Source: Antedon mediterranea
Taxonomy: Eukaryota > Animalia > Echinodermata
NCBI RefSeq assembly: GCF_964355755.1
Contig: NC_092673.1
Location: 27,277,648-27,341,647, forward strand
Reading direction: 5' to 3'
Length of the DNA: 64,000 nucleotides
Made by a program: the position numbers and the translations under genes. Positions 24,620-37,233 of this stretch are shown here, piece by piece. The number at the start of each line of letters is the position of its first letter. Positions within the stretch are counted from its first letter, which is position 1. The notes beneath the pieces were generated by a model. That model was not told the DNA's origin, searched no databases, and saw only the letters and a program-made list of their open reading frames with translations.

Positions 24620-26860
24620 GTTGAATCAACATTGAAATAACATTTTTTCCCTAACTATATTTTTTACGTTTATTAATAAACATTGAATCAACGTTGAAAT
24701 AACATTTTCTTTTCAATAGAATGTTTATGTTCATTTATCAATGTTAATCAAACGTTGAAATAACATTGTCTTTTTAACTAGTAATTTACGTTAATTTATA
24801 AATGTTGATTTAACGTTGAAATAACATCGTCTTTCTAACAAATGTTTTTCGTTAATTTATCAATGTTGATCCAACGTTGAAATAACATTGTTTTTCTAAC
24901 AAATGTTTTACGTTAATTTATAAATGTTGATTCAACGTTGAAATAACATTGTGTTTTTAACTAGAAATTTACGTTAATTTATCAATGTTGATCCAACGTT
25001 AAAATAACATTGTCCTTCTAACTAGTAATTTACGTTAATTTATCAATGTTGATTTAACGTTGAAGTAACATTGTCTTTCTAACTATAAATTTACGTTAAT
25101 TTATCAATGTTGATCCAACGTTGAAATAACATTGTATTTTTAACTAGAAATTTACGTTAATTTATCAATGTTGATCCAACGTTGAAATAACCTTGTATTT
25201 TTAACTAGAAATTTACGTTAATTTATCAATGTTGATCCAACGTTGAAATAACATTGTATTTTTAACTAGAAATTTACGTTTTATTATCAATGTTGATCCA
25301 ACGTTGAAATAACATTGTCTTTCTAACTAGAAATTTACGTTAATTTATCAATGTTGATCCAACGTTGAAATAACATTGTATTTCTAACTAGAAATTTTCA
25401 TTTTATTATCAATGTTGATCCAACGTTGAAATAACATTGTCTTTCTAACTAGTAATTTAAGTTAATTTATCAATGTTGATCCAACGTTGAAATAACATTG
25501 TCTTTCTAACTAGTAATTTACGTTAATTTATCAATGTTGATCCAACGTTAAAATCACATTGTATTTTTAACTAGAAATTTACGTTACTTTATTAATGTTG
25601 ATCCAACGTTGAAATAACATTGTATTTTTAACTAGTAATTTACGTTAATTTATCAATGTTGATCCAACGTTGAAATAACATTGTATTTTTAACTAGTAAT
25701 TTACGTTAATTTATCAATGTTGATCCAACGTTGAAATAACATTGTATTTTTAACTAGAAATTTACGTTAATTTATTAATGTTGATCCAACGTTGAAATAA
25801 CATTGTCTTTCTAACTAGTAATTTACGTTAATTTATCAATGTTGATCCAACGTTAAAATCACATTGTATTTTTAACTAGAAATTTACGTTAATTTATCAA
25901 TGTTGATCCAACGTTGAAATAACATTGTATTTTTAACTAGTAATTTACGTTAATTTATCAATGTTGATCCAACGTTAAAATCACAATGTATTTTTAACTA
26001 GAAATTTACGTTAATTTATCAATGTTGATCCAACGTTGAAATAACATTGTATTTTTAACTAGTAATTTACGTTAATTTATCAATGTTGATCCAACGTTGA
26101 AATAACATTGTATTTTTAACTAGTAATTTACGTTAATTTATCAATGTTGATCCAACGTTGAAATAACATTGTATTTTTAACTAGAAATTTACGTTAATTT
26201 ATTAATGTTGATCCAACGTTGAAATAACATTGTATTTTTAACTCGAAATTTACGTTAATTTATTAATGTTGATCCAACGTTGAAATAACATTGTCTTTCT
26301 AACTAGTAATTTACGTTAATTTATCAATGTTGATCCAACGTTGAAATAACATTGTATTTTTAACTAGTAATTTACGTTAATTTATCAATGTTTATACAAC
26401 GTTGAAATAACATTGTCTTTATATCTAAAAATTTACGTTAATTTATCAATGTTGATCCAACGCTGCAATAACATTGTATTTTTAACTAGAAATTTACGTT
26501 AATTTATCAATGTTGATCCAACGTTGAAATCACATTGTATTTTTAACTAGAAATTTACGTTAATTTATCAATGTTGATCCAACGTTGAAATAACATTGTA
26601 TTTTTAACTAGTAATTTACGTTAATTTATCAATGTTGATCCAACGTTGAAATAACATTGTATTTCTAACTAGTAATTTACGTTAATTTATCAATGTTGGT
26701 CCAACGTTGAAATAACATTGTATTTTTAACAAGAAATTTACGTTAATTTATCAATGGTGCTCCAACGTTGAAATAACATTGTCTTTCTAACTAGTAATTT
26801 ACGTTAGTTTATCAATGTTGATCCAACGTTGAAATAACATTGTATTTCTAACTAGTAATT
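24620..26860. repeat. 61-bp tandem repeat, roughly 36 copies (left subterminal satellite)
   Basis: Unit taactagaaatttacgttaatttatcaatgttgatccaacgttgaaataacattgtatttt; e.g. taactagaa at 25141 and 25202. Confidence 0.95.
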
Positions 26861-28184
26861 TTTTTCAAACAATTATTATTTTTGTTTTTCAATGTTATTC
26901 CAACGTTATTTTAACGTTGAAATCCAATTGTCATTTTCAAATGACATGTTTTCAACGTTGAAAAACTCTTGAAATTATGTTGTTTTTTCAAACAATTATT
27001 ATTTTTGTTTTTCAATGTTAATTAAACGTTAAATTAAAGATAAATTCTATTTAATACTTTGGTTAAAATGACATGTTTTTAACGTTTAATATTAAATAAT
27101 ATGTGTTTAAGTGCGTTGCCATTGATGTTTCAACGTTAAATTAACATTAGATTTCAGTTGGCGGTTTATTTTATCATCTTTTATTGTAAAACAAATGATT
27201 ATTGGTTATTTAGGAATTTTAGATTGGCAAATATTATTGTCTCTGTATAATACAAAAATGTTCTAGAAGTTGTGTTGAAAATTGAATGATCCTTTCATGC
27301 AAGATCAAATTTCATAAGAATAGATAGGCCTACGAGCTTGTCATTGGTTAGTTTCGTTTTGATAAAATTTTGAAACTGGTGTCAGTAATTTCAGTTACTT
27401 CGACGTAGGCTAGGCCTACAGTAATAGTGGTGTGTAGAAAAAAAAGGCTCATCATTGAAATTGTCAAATAAGTATGTTTTCAGGTAGGAAAACAATCTTT
27501 TTTATTTGTAATCTACTAATTTATAAGCTTGACTATTTTACCCTTATCAATAGCTAGCCTCTAGTCTAGGCTAGTAGGCCACACTCACATGCATAGCTAG
27601 CTAGGCTATAATATTAATAGGTAGGCTAGGCAGGCTGCCAAACTGATGAACTGAATTCACTCACTAGGCCTAGTGGAAGCATTTAGTATCATGCCTGTCA
27701 ATGGCAAACATTTGCCTTGCCAAGGATAACTACAGTACTGTACTTATTATGGTTATAAAATGGTATGTACTATTAGGCCTTTAGTTCAATACTTTCTTTA
27801 TTTATCCAAAAGTATACATAAATATAACATAATATATAGGCCTAGGCCTAATTAGTTGGCCTAGGCCCTAGGCCTAGCTAGCTTTCTGCTAGGCTTTCTA
27901 CAGTAGCTGCTAATGCTATTATTAGTATTATAGTATACAAACACATGCTAGCCTAGGACGGCTATTTGTTAAACTTACTCGCTTTCTTTATTTCAGATTG
28001 TAGGCCTAGCTAAGGCCCTTAGGCCTAGGCTATGCCTAGCTAGAGTACAAAATAATGAAGTACATGTAGGCCTATAATCTTTTCTATGTGAATCAAACGA
28101 GAAAAATCTAATGGATGATCAATATTTTTATATACAAAAGGTTGGTATTTATAGTTCTTAACTTTAATATTGAATTGAATAAAT

Positions 28185-29059
28185 TGTGGCCTAGGCCTAG
28201 TTAGTCGTCGCGCGGGGGAGAGAGCGATGGATGAAACTTGGCCTAGGCCATACATGAATTAATAATTACGCCACGCGTTAAAATAATTATTATGATATTG
28301 ATAAGAATCAGCTTGCGTATTTCAAGAAATGTACGAAAATGAATAGCGTAGCATTGCAACACGGACTTCTCCCGAACAGTTCTGGTTTTTTTTTCCGCTT
28401 GCGTTGCGTTTACGTCCTAGCTTTACGTTCTAGTAGTAGTGGGAACCAAGCTTTACAGCGATGGATCATTTTAATAGCTGCGCCACGGCGAACTAGCCGG
28501 CCTACATGCCTACTAATACTAGTAGGCCTACCAGCTAGATGTGACCATTGGGCCTATTTATTTCGTAATTAAAAAAGTTGTTGCTTCATTCATATATAAG
28601 CTTTATGAATTATAATTACATGACTAGTTTTAATTTTTATGATTTTTCAAGTACAAAATAAAAGATTTCATATAACGCATTTATACTGTACATAACATCA
28701 TGCAGCAATCGTATACAAGTTGATTTGTTGACAGCAGCCGTCGTGCGGAATAATTATAGCTTGCACTAGTGCCACAGACCGCGCACCACATTACCCGAGA
28801 GTCGGAGTGTTAACTAGGGATGTACTGTGTAGCCAAAGATATCTTTGCTGTGGCCTAGTTAGTCGTCGCGCGGGGGAGAGAGCGATGGATGAAACTTGGC
28901 CTAGGCCATTCCATACATGAATTAATAATTACGCCACGCGTTAAAATAATTATTATGATATTGATAAGAATCAGCTTGCGTATTTCAAGAAATGTACGAA
29001 AATGAATAGCGTAGCGTTGCGACACGGACTTCTCCCGAACAGTTCTGGTTTTTTTTTTT
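28185..29059. repeat. ~210-bp direct duplication (28185-28394 and 28849-29059)
   Basis: tgtggcctag..gtcgtcgcgcgggggagagagcgatgg...cccgaacagttctgg(T)n present twice. Confidence 0.92.
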
Positions 29060-29180
29060 GCTGTCAACAAATCAACTTGTAAACGATTGCTGCATGATGT
29101 TATGTACAGTATAAATGCGTTATATGAAATCTTTTATTTTGTACTTGAAAAATCATAAAAATTAAAACTAGTCATGTAAT

Positions 29181-30052
29181 AGAGAGAAATGGCGAACCGA
29201 CGTCTAAAATCCGAGTGGGTATAAAATCATAACAAACCGTTGAGGGCGGCACATTTCCTATGTTTATACACGTGAATCATGGCGTCGTCTAACCAATGTT
29301 GTTGCTGTAACGCTCATAATTCTTTTTCTATTTGTGTATTTAGTCATCCATCATTCACAATCATATTCCTAAAAATATCTCATATCTATCTGTAGGTCTA
29401 CATTAGACTAGGCCTATAGTATTATAGTAGAATGGTCTTATCAAGTATTCATTACTGGCGGTAGCCCCCCGGCAGGAAGCTTCACTAGCCACATAACAAA
29501 ATGGCAGTTGTCAAGCTGAAACTAAATGCTAGGCCTACGTCTACTAGAGATGCTCTATTTAGTCTTACTACCTAGCTAGGAGAAGCCTAGCAGCACCCTA
29601 GCTAAAGTAGTAGTAGTACAGTATGCAATAAATAAAGAATTTCCAATGTTATTATTATTATTATAATAACCGATAATCCGTGCTAGGCTCGCTCGAGTAG
29701 GCCTGCTCGAGTAGGCCTGCTCGAGTAGGCCTACTCGAGGTCAACACAGCATCAGCGAAACTATCTAGGGCCTAGAGCTGGGTACAGTATATAACAAAAA
29801 TGCGTCTTAATTCAATCCAAATTGAAATAAAATATGTTAAGATTTGCCCATATAACATTAAAATTGTTAAGGGTGTTGCAAAAAAAAAAGATACTGCTAT
29901 TATGTGTGTTTTAAACGTTCTTTTCTAACTACCTTTTTAACTCAACCCATCGGAATTTCCCATACAAAAACATGTGGCGAAATGGTTTGTTTACAATCTA
30001 TACCCACTCGGTGAAATTTGAGTGACGTCATCGCGGTTCACCATTTCTCTCT
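29181..30052. mobile_element. 872-bp MITE with imperfect TIRs and 2-bp AT duplication (PIF/Harbinger-ISL2EU-like)
   Basis: agagagaaatggcgaaccg...cggttcaccatttctctct; inner ccgagtgggtata also mirrored; empty site catgtaATtataat visible in the paralogous copy near 28610-28622. Confidence 0.8.
29690..29738. repeat. 14-bp minisatellite (gctcgagtaggcct) x3
   Basis: gctcgagtaggcctgctcgagtaggcctgctcgagtaggcctactcgag. Confidence 0.85.
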
Positions 30053-30216
30053 ATTATAATTCATAAAGTTTATATATGAATGAAGCAACGACTTTTTTAA
30101 TTACGAAATAAATAGGCCCAATGGTCACATCTAGCTGGTAGGCCTACTAGTATTATTAGGCATGTAGGCCGGCTAGTTCGCCGTGCCGCAGCTATTAAAA
30201 TGATCCATCGCTGTAA

Positions 30217-30373
30217 AGCTTGGTTCCCACTAGAACGTAACGCAAGGACGTAAACGCAACGCAAGCGTTTTAACCAATGACAAGCGAAGTTATAGACAGT
30301 TAGCAATTGTGATTGGTCAATTCACTTGCGTTGCGTTACGTCCTTGTGTTGCGTCGCTAGTGGGAACCACGCT
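30217..30373. mobile_element. ~157-bp MITE (Harbinger/Tourist-like)
   Basis: agcttggttcccactag...ctagtgggaaccacgct with ~50-bp imperfect TIRs, flanked by taa/tta; truncated half copy at 28396-28453. Confidence 0.75.
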
Positions 30374-31839
30374 TTAGTCTGTTGTAGACAAAAATAGAGT
30401 CGCCGATTACCTCGCTCTGGGCATGCGCAATAGCGTGTCGGATTCCCTAACGCTGGGCAGTTGAGTTACGGTGCCGGAATCCTATAACCACGGCGTAAAT
30501 ATTAATACAGTGTTGCAATATTATTTACATAAATTTAATTGATTGCATATTTTACGTGTAAGTGTGAAATGATGTTCTGAATTGAATTTTTGTTTATGTA
30601 CAGTATGATTTTTGAACAATGTGTTAAAGATATAATTGAACTGAACAATTTTTTTTTTAAATGTTTTGTTGAATATGCCGTCACTGTAGAGTTGTTCACT
30701 TTGACCAAAAAATTAGATTTTAAAAAATGCATTTGTACCTGAAAAGGACAATTTAAACAAACAATTGGTTTTTGGTTAAATATACTGTTTATTTTGTATT
30801 TTTGTTAAGTGAAATCTTTATTGTTTTTGTTTTGTTCTACGGCAAGTGAATATCTAAATTGTTAAAATTGCAAAATGGCAAGGTATTCAAAGTATGATTG
30901 TATTAATCTTCATTGTTCATGTTTTTTGGGGACAATAAATCTTTCAATTAATTTTTTACTGTATTATTTTTGTTTAAAACTACAGTAACTTAATTGAATT
31001 TGTTTCAGGTTTGGAAAAATAATATTGCCACACTTTTGGAAACCATAGGACAATGTCAACACAGGAATCGAGGCAACTGTTTATTGACTAATCGGAACAA
31101 TGCAATTACAGTAATGTGTTATTGCCATCATTTGGACTTCTGCAACATTAGCACAAGGCACCTGTGACGTGTGTTGTATTTATTGTGTTTTACTGTAATC
31201 AGCCAATATTTATAGTTATTCAATCATGTTAGTTGGCAAACATATTACAAACTGGTTATTAGTATATTTTTTATACTTAACATTGGTACCTGAGAACTGT
31301 CAGTGAGGATGTACATTATTTGATTGTTGCTTGGATTTTGCCTGATGATTTGATAACACCTGAATAAATGTTATTTTATGTTTTTATAGAAATTAAAGAT
31401 TAGTGAGATATACAGTATTTATAAAATGTCTCTATTGATGGATTCTGCGACGTAACAGTAAACTTTACTACCAACTACTTTAAAACCGTTGATTCAAATT
31501 GGATATAGTAATTCAACAAATCAATTACCATTGAAAATATGCCAGATTTCAGCTTGATTTATTTTGGTTGTGTTACTATAAGCTGTTCTTCTAATAACTA
31601 AACCATTGCTGTGTTAAATTAATGTTGATAATTTCTATGTTGAATCAACGGTAAAAATGTGTTTACACTGAATCAACGTTGATCTGTATACGTTGATTAA
31701 ACGTTATTTTTTCTACCTTGAATTTGGTTGATTACTCTACAATGGATCAACGTTGATATTTTTTTAAATTTAAACTTTAATTCAACAGTTTTTCAGCGTT
31801 ATTTCAACGTTTGCGGATAATGTTGAATTAACTTTAATA

Positions 31840-32640
31840 TTTCAACATTGAATCAACGTTGATAATTTCAACGTTAAATCTATGTTGAAATTTACGTTGA
31901 TGAAAATTTTCATTTCAACTTAATTATTACGTTGTTTCAACGTTAATAATTTCAACATTGAATCAACGTTGATAATCTATGTTGAATCAACGTTGACATT
32001 TTTGTTGAGGCAAACTTTCATTTTCAACCATTTTTTCAACGTTATTTCAACGTTACTTATTTTAACGTTGTTTCAACGTTGATAATTTCTATGTTGATTC
32101 AACGTTGACATTTACGTTGAGGGAAACTTTCATTTTCAACCATTTTTTCAACGTTATTTTAACGTTACCTATTTTAACGTTGTTTCAACGTTGATAATTT
32201 CTATGTTGATTCAACGTTGACATTTACGTTGAGGCAAACTTTCATTTTCAACCATTTTTTCAACGTTATTTCAACGTTACCTATTTTAACGTTGTTTCAA
32301 CGTTGATAATTTCTATGTTGATTCAACGTTGACATTTAAGTTGAGGCAAACTTTCATTTTCAACCATTTTTTCAACGTTAATTCAACGTTACTTATTTTA
32401 ACGTTGTTTCAACGTTGATAATTTCTATGTTGATTAAACGTTGACATTTACGTTGAGGCAAACTTTCATTTTCAACCATTTTTTAAACGTTATTTCAACG
32501 TTACTTATTTTAACGTTGTTTCAACGTTGATAATTTCTATGTTGATTCAACGTTGACATTTACGTTGAGGCAAACTTTCATTTTCAACCACTTTTTCAAC
32601 GTTATTTCAACGTTTGCAGATAACGTTGAATTAACGTTAA
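31840..32640. repeat. 112-bp tandem repeat, ~5.5 good copies plus degenerate flanks (right subterminal satellite)
   Basis: gttgacattt..gttgagg.aaactttcattttcaacc at 31992, 32104, 32216, 32328, 32440, 32552. Confidence 0.93.
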
Positions 32641-33646
32641 TTCAACCAATTTTTGCCCACTGGGTATGTACTGTATACGTACTACATACAGTGCACAATA
32701 GGTGCAAATAAGTGACCAAAGTTATTGACGCTTTTGCACATGATGACGTCATAAACATTTTAAAAATGGTGAATCATGCGAAAGATAATTGATTGACCTA
32801 GACAATATATAAAAATGGAGGGAAATGGAATACGGATAAGTGGAGATGCGCTCTATTAAATGTGATGAGCTATGCGAAAAAGACAAAAATCCTATATTTT
32901 ATATTCGAGTGGCCATACGATGACGTCACAATGTCCGGTTAGCCATATCGATGCATGATTTGATATCTACCACTCATCACCTTTCAGAATCTGAAATTTT
33001 AAAAATGTTCACCACGGAATTTAGAATCTATGACTTTTTAAAGAAAGGCATAATTTTCACGAATTTTTGAACTTTTTCATCAAAAACGCGCGCAAATTGT
33101 TCAATTCGACGTGCTTGTATGACGTAATTTTAAGTCGAAATTGATTGAAAATTGGTAAATTTACTAGAAAAGGCCGAAAAAACAAAAATCAAGCAAAAAA
33201 AAGATGTTTTTGCGCCACGTGCGTACGCGCGCGTAAAAAAATTGCGCACGCGTGGGAATTTTTGACATGCTCAAAATGACATGAAACGCATAGAAAGTTG
33301 ATTAGAAGTTGATTTTTCGCACCCTAAAATTTTAAACGCGCGTGCGCGCCTAACTTTTTGTGAAACATGCTATTTTTAATCCATAGAAAGTTTGCGCTTG
33401 ATATGACTTAAATTTTCACAAAGTGTCAAAACAAAATTATGTTTGGTTTTTAGTCTATGATCAATCATTGAAATTCATAAAATCGCGCGTAAGTCACGTT
33501 GCGCAACTCTGACGTCATTCAAAAATAGGAGGTGCACAAGTTCACGTAAATGTCGATATGTTGACAAAGTTACAATATGTTCTGTTTACACGTTTTAGAG
33601 AAACGCGACGCACAAAAATGACAGAAAGAAAGAAGTATAATACAGA

Positions 33647-36600
33647 CTAGATTTGAACTCGTCACTACGGACGAGTTAGGTTATCCGCAGTCCTAAAGCC
33701 ACGTGCACGTCATACGTTGGAATAATGCGCGCAGAAAAATGATTATGCCATTGAAAAAATGTGAGTGCGCTCTCTATTTTGTGTCACGTCAAAGTGTATA
33801 CGGTATACGCTATATACCGTATACGTACTACATACAGTTCAGAATAGGTGAAAATAAGTGACCAAAGTTATTGACGCTTTTGCACATGATGACGTCATAA
33901 CAATTTTTAAAATGGTGAATCATGCGAAAGATAATTGATTGACATAGACAATATAAAGAAATGGAGGGCAATGGAATACGGATAAGTGGAGATGCGCTCT
34001 ATTAAATGTGATGAGCTATACGAAAGAGAAAAAAATCCTATATTTTATATTCGAGTGGCCATACGATGACGTCACAATGTCCTGATAGCCATATTGATAC
34101 ATGATTCGATATCTACAACTCATCTACTACCAGAATATGTAATTATAAAAAAGTTTACCACGTAGTTTAGAATCTATGACTGTTTAAAAAAAGGCATAAT
34201 TTTGACAAATTTTTGGACTTTTTCATCAAAATTGCGCGCAAATTGTTTAATTCTACGTGCTCGTATGACGAGATTTTAAGGCAAAATTGATTGAAAATTG
34301 GTAAATATATTATAAAAGACAGAAAAAACAAAAATCAAGCAAAAAAAAGATGTTTTTGCGCTACGTGCGCACGGGCGCGTAAAAAAAGTGCGCACGCGTG
34401 GGAATTTTTGAAATGCTCAAAATGACATGAAACGCGTAGAAAGTTGATTAGAAATTGATTTTTCGCAATTTGAAATTTTAAACGCGCGTGCGCGCGTAAC
34501 TTTTTCTAGAACATGCCATTTTCTCTCCATAGAAAGTTAGCGCATAATATGACTTAAATTTTCACCAAGTTTCTATACAAAATGATTTTTAGTTTTTATT
34601 CTATGATCAATCATTGAAATTCATAAAATCGCGCGTAACTTATGCTGCGCGACTCAAAATTCATAAAAAAAAGTTTCTTGCACATCTACAGCTAAAGGGC
34701 AATCTTTTCACAAAGTTATACAACTTTATGTTAGCCAGAATTAGAGATACGCAGCGAACAAAATTCGTGGAAAGAAAGAAGAATATAGAACTAGATTTGA
34801 ACTCGTCACTACGGACGAGTTAGGTTATCCGCAGCCCAAAAGCCACGTGTACGTCATACGTTCGAATATTGCGCGCAGAAAAACGATTATGCCATTGAAA
34901 AAATGTTAGTGCGCTCTCTATTTTACGTCACGTCTGAGTATATACGGTATACACTATATATTGTATACGTACTAAAGACAGTGCAGAATAGGTGAAAATA
35001 AGTTATTGACGCTTTTGGACATGATGACGTCATAACAATTTAAATATTTTTAACTCATGCGAAAGATAATTGATTGACCTAGACAATATAAAAAAATTGA
35101 GTGAAATGGAATACGGATAAGTAGAGATGCGCTCTATTAAATTTGACGAGCTATGACGAAAGAGAACAAAATCCTATTTTTATATTTGGGTGGCCATACG
35201 ATGACGTCGCAATGTCCGGTTAGCAATATCAATGCATGATTCTATATCTACAACTCATCAAATTCCAGAATATGTAATTTTAAAAAAGTTCACCACGTAG
35301 TTTAGAATTTATGACTGTTTAAAAAAATGTCAAATTTTGACGAATTTTTGAAGTTTTTCTTCAAAAACGTGCATAAATTGTTCAATTCTACGTGCTCGTA
35401 TGACGTGATTTTAAGTCGAAATTGATTGAAAATTGATAAATTTACTAGAAAAGGCTGAAATAACAAAAATCAAGCAAAAAAAATACGTTTTTGCGCTACG
35501 TGCGCACGCGCGCGTAAAAAAATTGCGAACGCGTGGAAATTTTTGAAATGCTCAAAATGACATGAAACGCGTAGAAAGTTGATTAGAAATTGAATTTTCG
35601 CATTTTGAAATTTTAAACGCGCGTGCGCGCGTAACTTTCTGTCAAACATGCCATTTTTAATCCATAGAAAGTTTGAGCATGTTATGACTTAAATTTTCAC
35701 CAAGTTTCAATACAAAATGACTTTTAGTTTTTATTCTATGATCAATCATTGAAATTCATAAAATTGCGCGTAACTTACGCTGCGCAACTCGAAATTCAAA
35801 AAAAAAAGTTTCTTGCACATCTACAGCTACAGGGCTATCTTTTGACAAAGTTATACAATCATATGTTGGCCAGAATTAGAGATACGCTGCGAACAAAAAT
35901 CGTGGAAAGAAAGAAGAAAATAGAAGAAAAAAGAGAAAGAGAAACTAGATTTGAACTCGTCACTACGGACGAGTTAGGTTATCCGCAGCGCAAAAGCCAC
36001 GCGCATGACACATAAGTTAGAATATTGCGCGCAGAAAAACGATTATGCCATTGAAAAAAATGTTAGTGAGCCCTCTATTTTGTGTCACGTCTAAGTATAT
36101 ACGGTATACGCTATATACTGTATACGTACTAAATACAGTGCAGAATAGGTGAAAATAAGTGACCAAAGTTATTGACGCTTTTGCAAATGATGACGTCATA
36201 ACAATCTTAAAAATTGTTAACCATGCGAAAGATAATTGATTGACCTAGACAATATAACAAAATGGGGGGAAATGGAATACGAATAAGTAGAGATGCGCTC
36301 TATTAAATGTGATGAGCTATGCGAAAGAGACAAAAATCCTATATTTTATATTCCAGTGGCCATACAATGACGTCACAATGTCCGGTTAGCCATATGGATG
36401 CATGATTTGATATCTACAACTCATCTACTTCCAGAATCTGAAATTTTAAAAATGTTCACCACGGAGTTTAGAATCTATGACTTTTTAAAGAAAGGCATAA
36501 TTTTCACGAATTTTTGAACTTTTTCATCAAAAACACGCGCAAATTTTTCAATTCTACGTGCTCGTATGACGTGATTTTAAGTCCAAATTGTTTGAAAGTT

Positions 36601-37096
36601 GGTAAATTTACTAGAAAAGGCTGGAAAAACAAAAATCAAACAAAAAAAAGATGTTTTTGCGCTACGTGCGCACGCGCGCGTAAAAAAATTGCGCATGCCT
36701 GGGAATTTTTGAAATGCTCAAAATGACATGAAACGCGTAGAAAGTTGATTAGAAGTTGATTTTTTGCATTTTGAAATTTTAAACGCGCGTGCGCGCGTAA
36801 CCTCCTGTGAAACATGCCATTTTTAATCCATAGAAAGTTTGCGCTTGATATGACTTAAATGTTCACCAAGTTTCAATACAAAATGACTTTCGGTTTTTAA
36901 TCTATGATCAATCATTTAAATTCATAAAACCGCGCGTAACTTACGCTGCGCAACTCAAAATTCATAAAAAAAAATTTCTTGCACATCTACAGCTACAGGG
37001 CAATCTTTTGACAAAGTTATACAATCATATGTTTGCCAGAGTTAGAGATACGCTGCGAACAAAATTCGTGGAAAGAAAGAAGAACATAGAAAAAAA

Positions 37097-37127
<31 letters not shown>

Positions 37128-37173
37128 GATCCTGACAATAACAAGGGGTTATCCGCCAAGTGCGGATAACCAA
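33647..37173 (-). mobile_element. Three short-type HINE-like copies 17-19 (33647-34790, 34791-35944, 35945-37173)
   Basis: ctagatttgaactcgtcactacggacgagttaggttatccgcag at each start; two caagt-loop hairpin ends stacked at ~37127-37225. Confidence 0.83.
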
Positions 37174-37233
37174 AAAAAAGATCCTGACAATAACAAGAGG
37201 TTATCCGCCAAGTGCGGATAACCAAAAAAAAAA

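Larger units (their letters stand above)
28396..30267. repeat. ~340-bp inverted duplication (28396-28735 vs 29060-29180 + 30053-30267)
   Basis: gttgatttgttgacagc vs gctgtcaacaaatcaac; cgcttgcgttgcgtttacgtcc vs ggacgtaaacgcaacgcaagcg; ORF-track peptides at 28339(+) and 30097(-) are near-identical. Confidence 0.92.
24531..32664. mobile_element. 8.1-kb non-autonomous TIR DNA transposon, most like animal CMC/EnSpm (CACTA)-type elements
   Basis: Terminal IRs cccagtgggca / tgcccactggg, flanking TA duplicated relative to uninterrupted host copies, dense subterminal caacgttg repeats in both arms, no transposase ORF. Boundaries are firm; superfamily is an inference. Confidence 0.85.
24364..33646 (-). 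mobile_element. HINE-like copy 16 (short type), split by the TIR transposon at 24531-32664
   Basis: ...cggtataacacta (24530) resumes as (ta)tgtactgtatacgtac (32665), collinear with copies 17-19. Confidence 0.85.

Noticed and set aside
24620-26860. CRISPR array or coding repeat
   Set aside because: Pure 61-bp tandem repeat with no spacers; period not a multiple of 3; no ORF.
28339-30306. Paralogous small genes (77 aa + strand, 69 aa - strand)
   Set aside because: The similarity results from the inverted duplication, and both ORFs run through a MITE TIR.
24531-32664. piggyBac or autonomous transposon
   Set aside because: CCC termini fit piggyBac, but the flanks are not TTAA (only TA is duplicated) and no transposase ORF is present.
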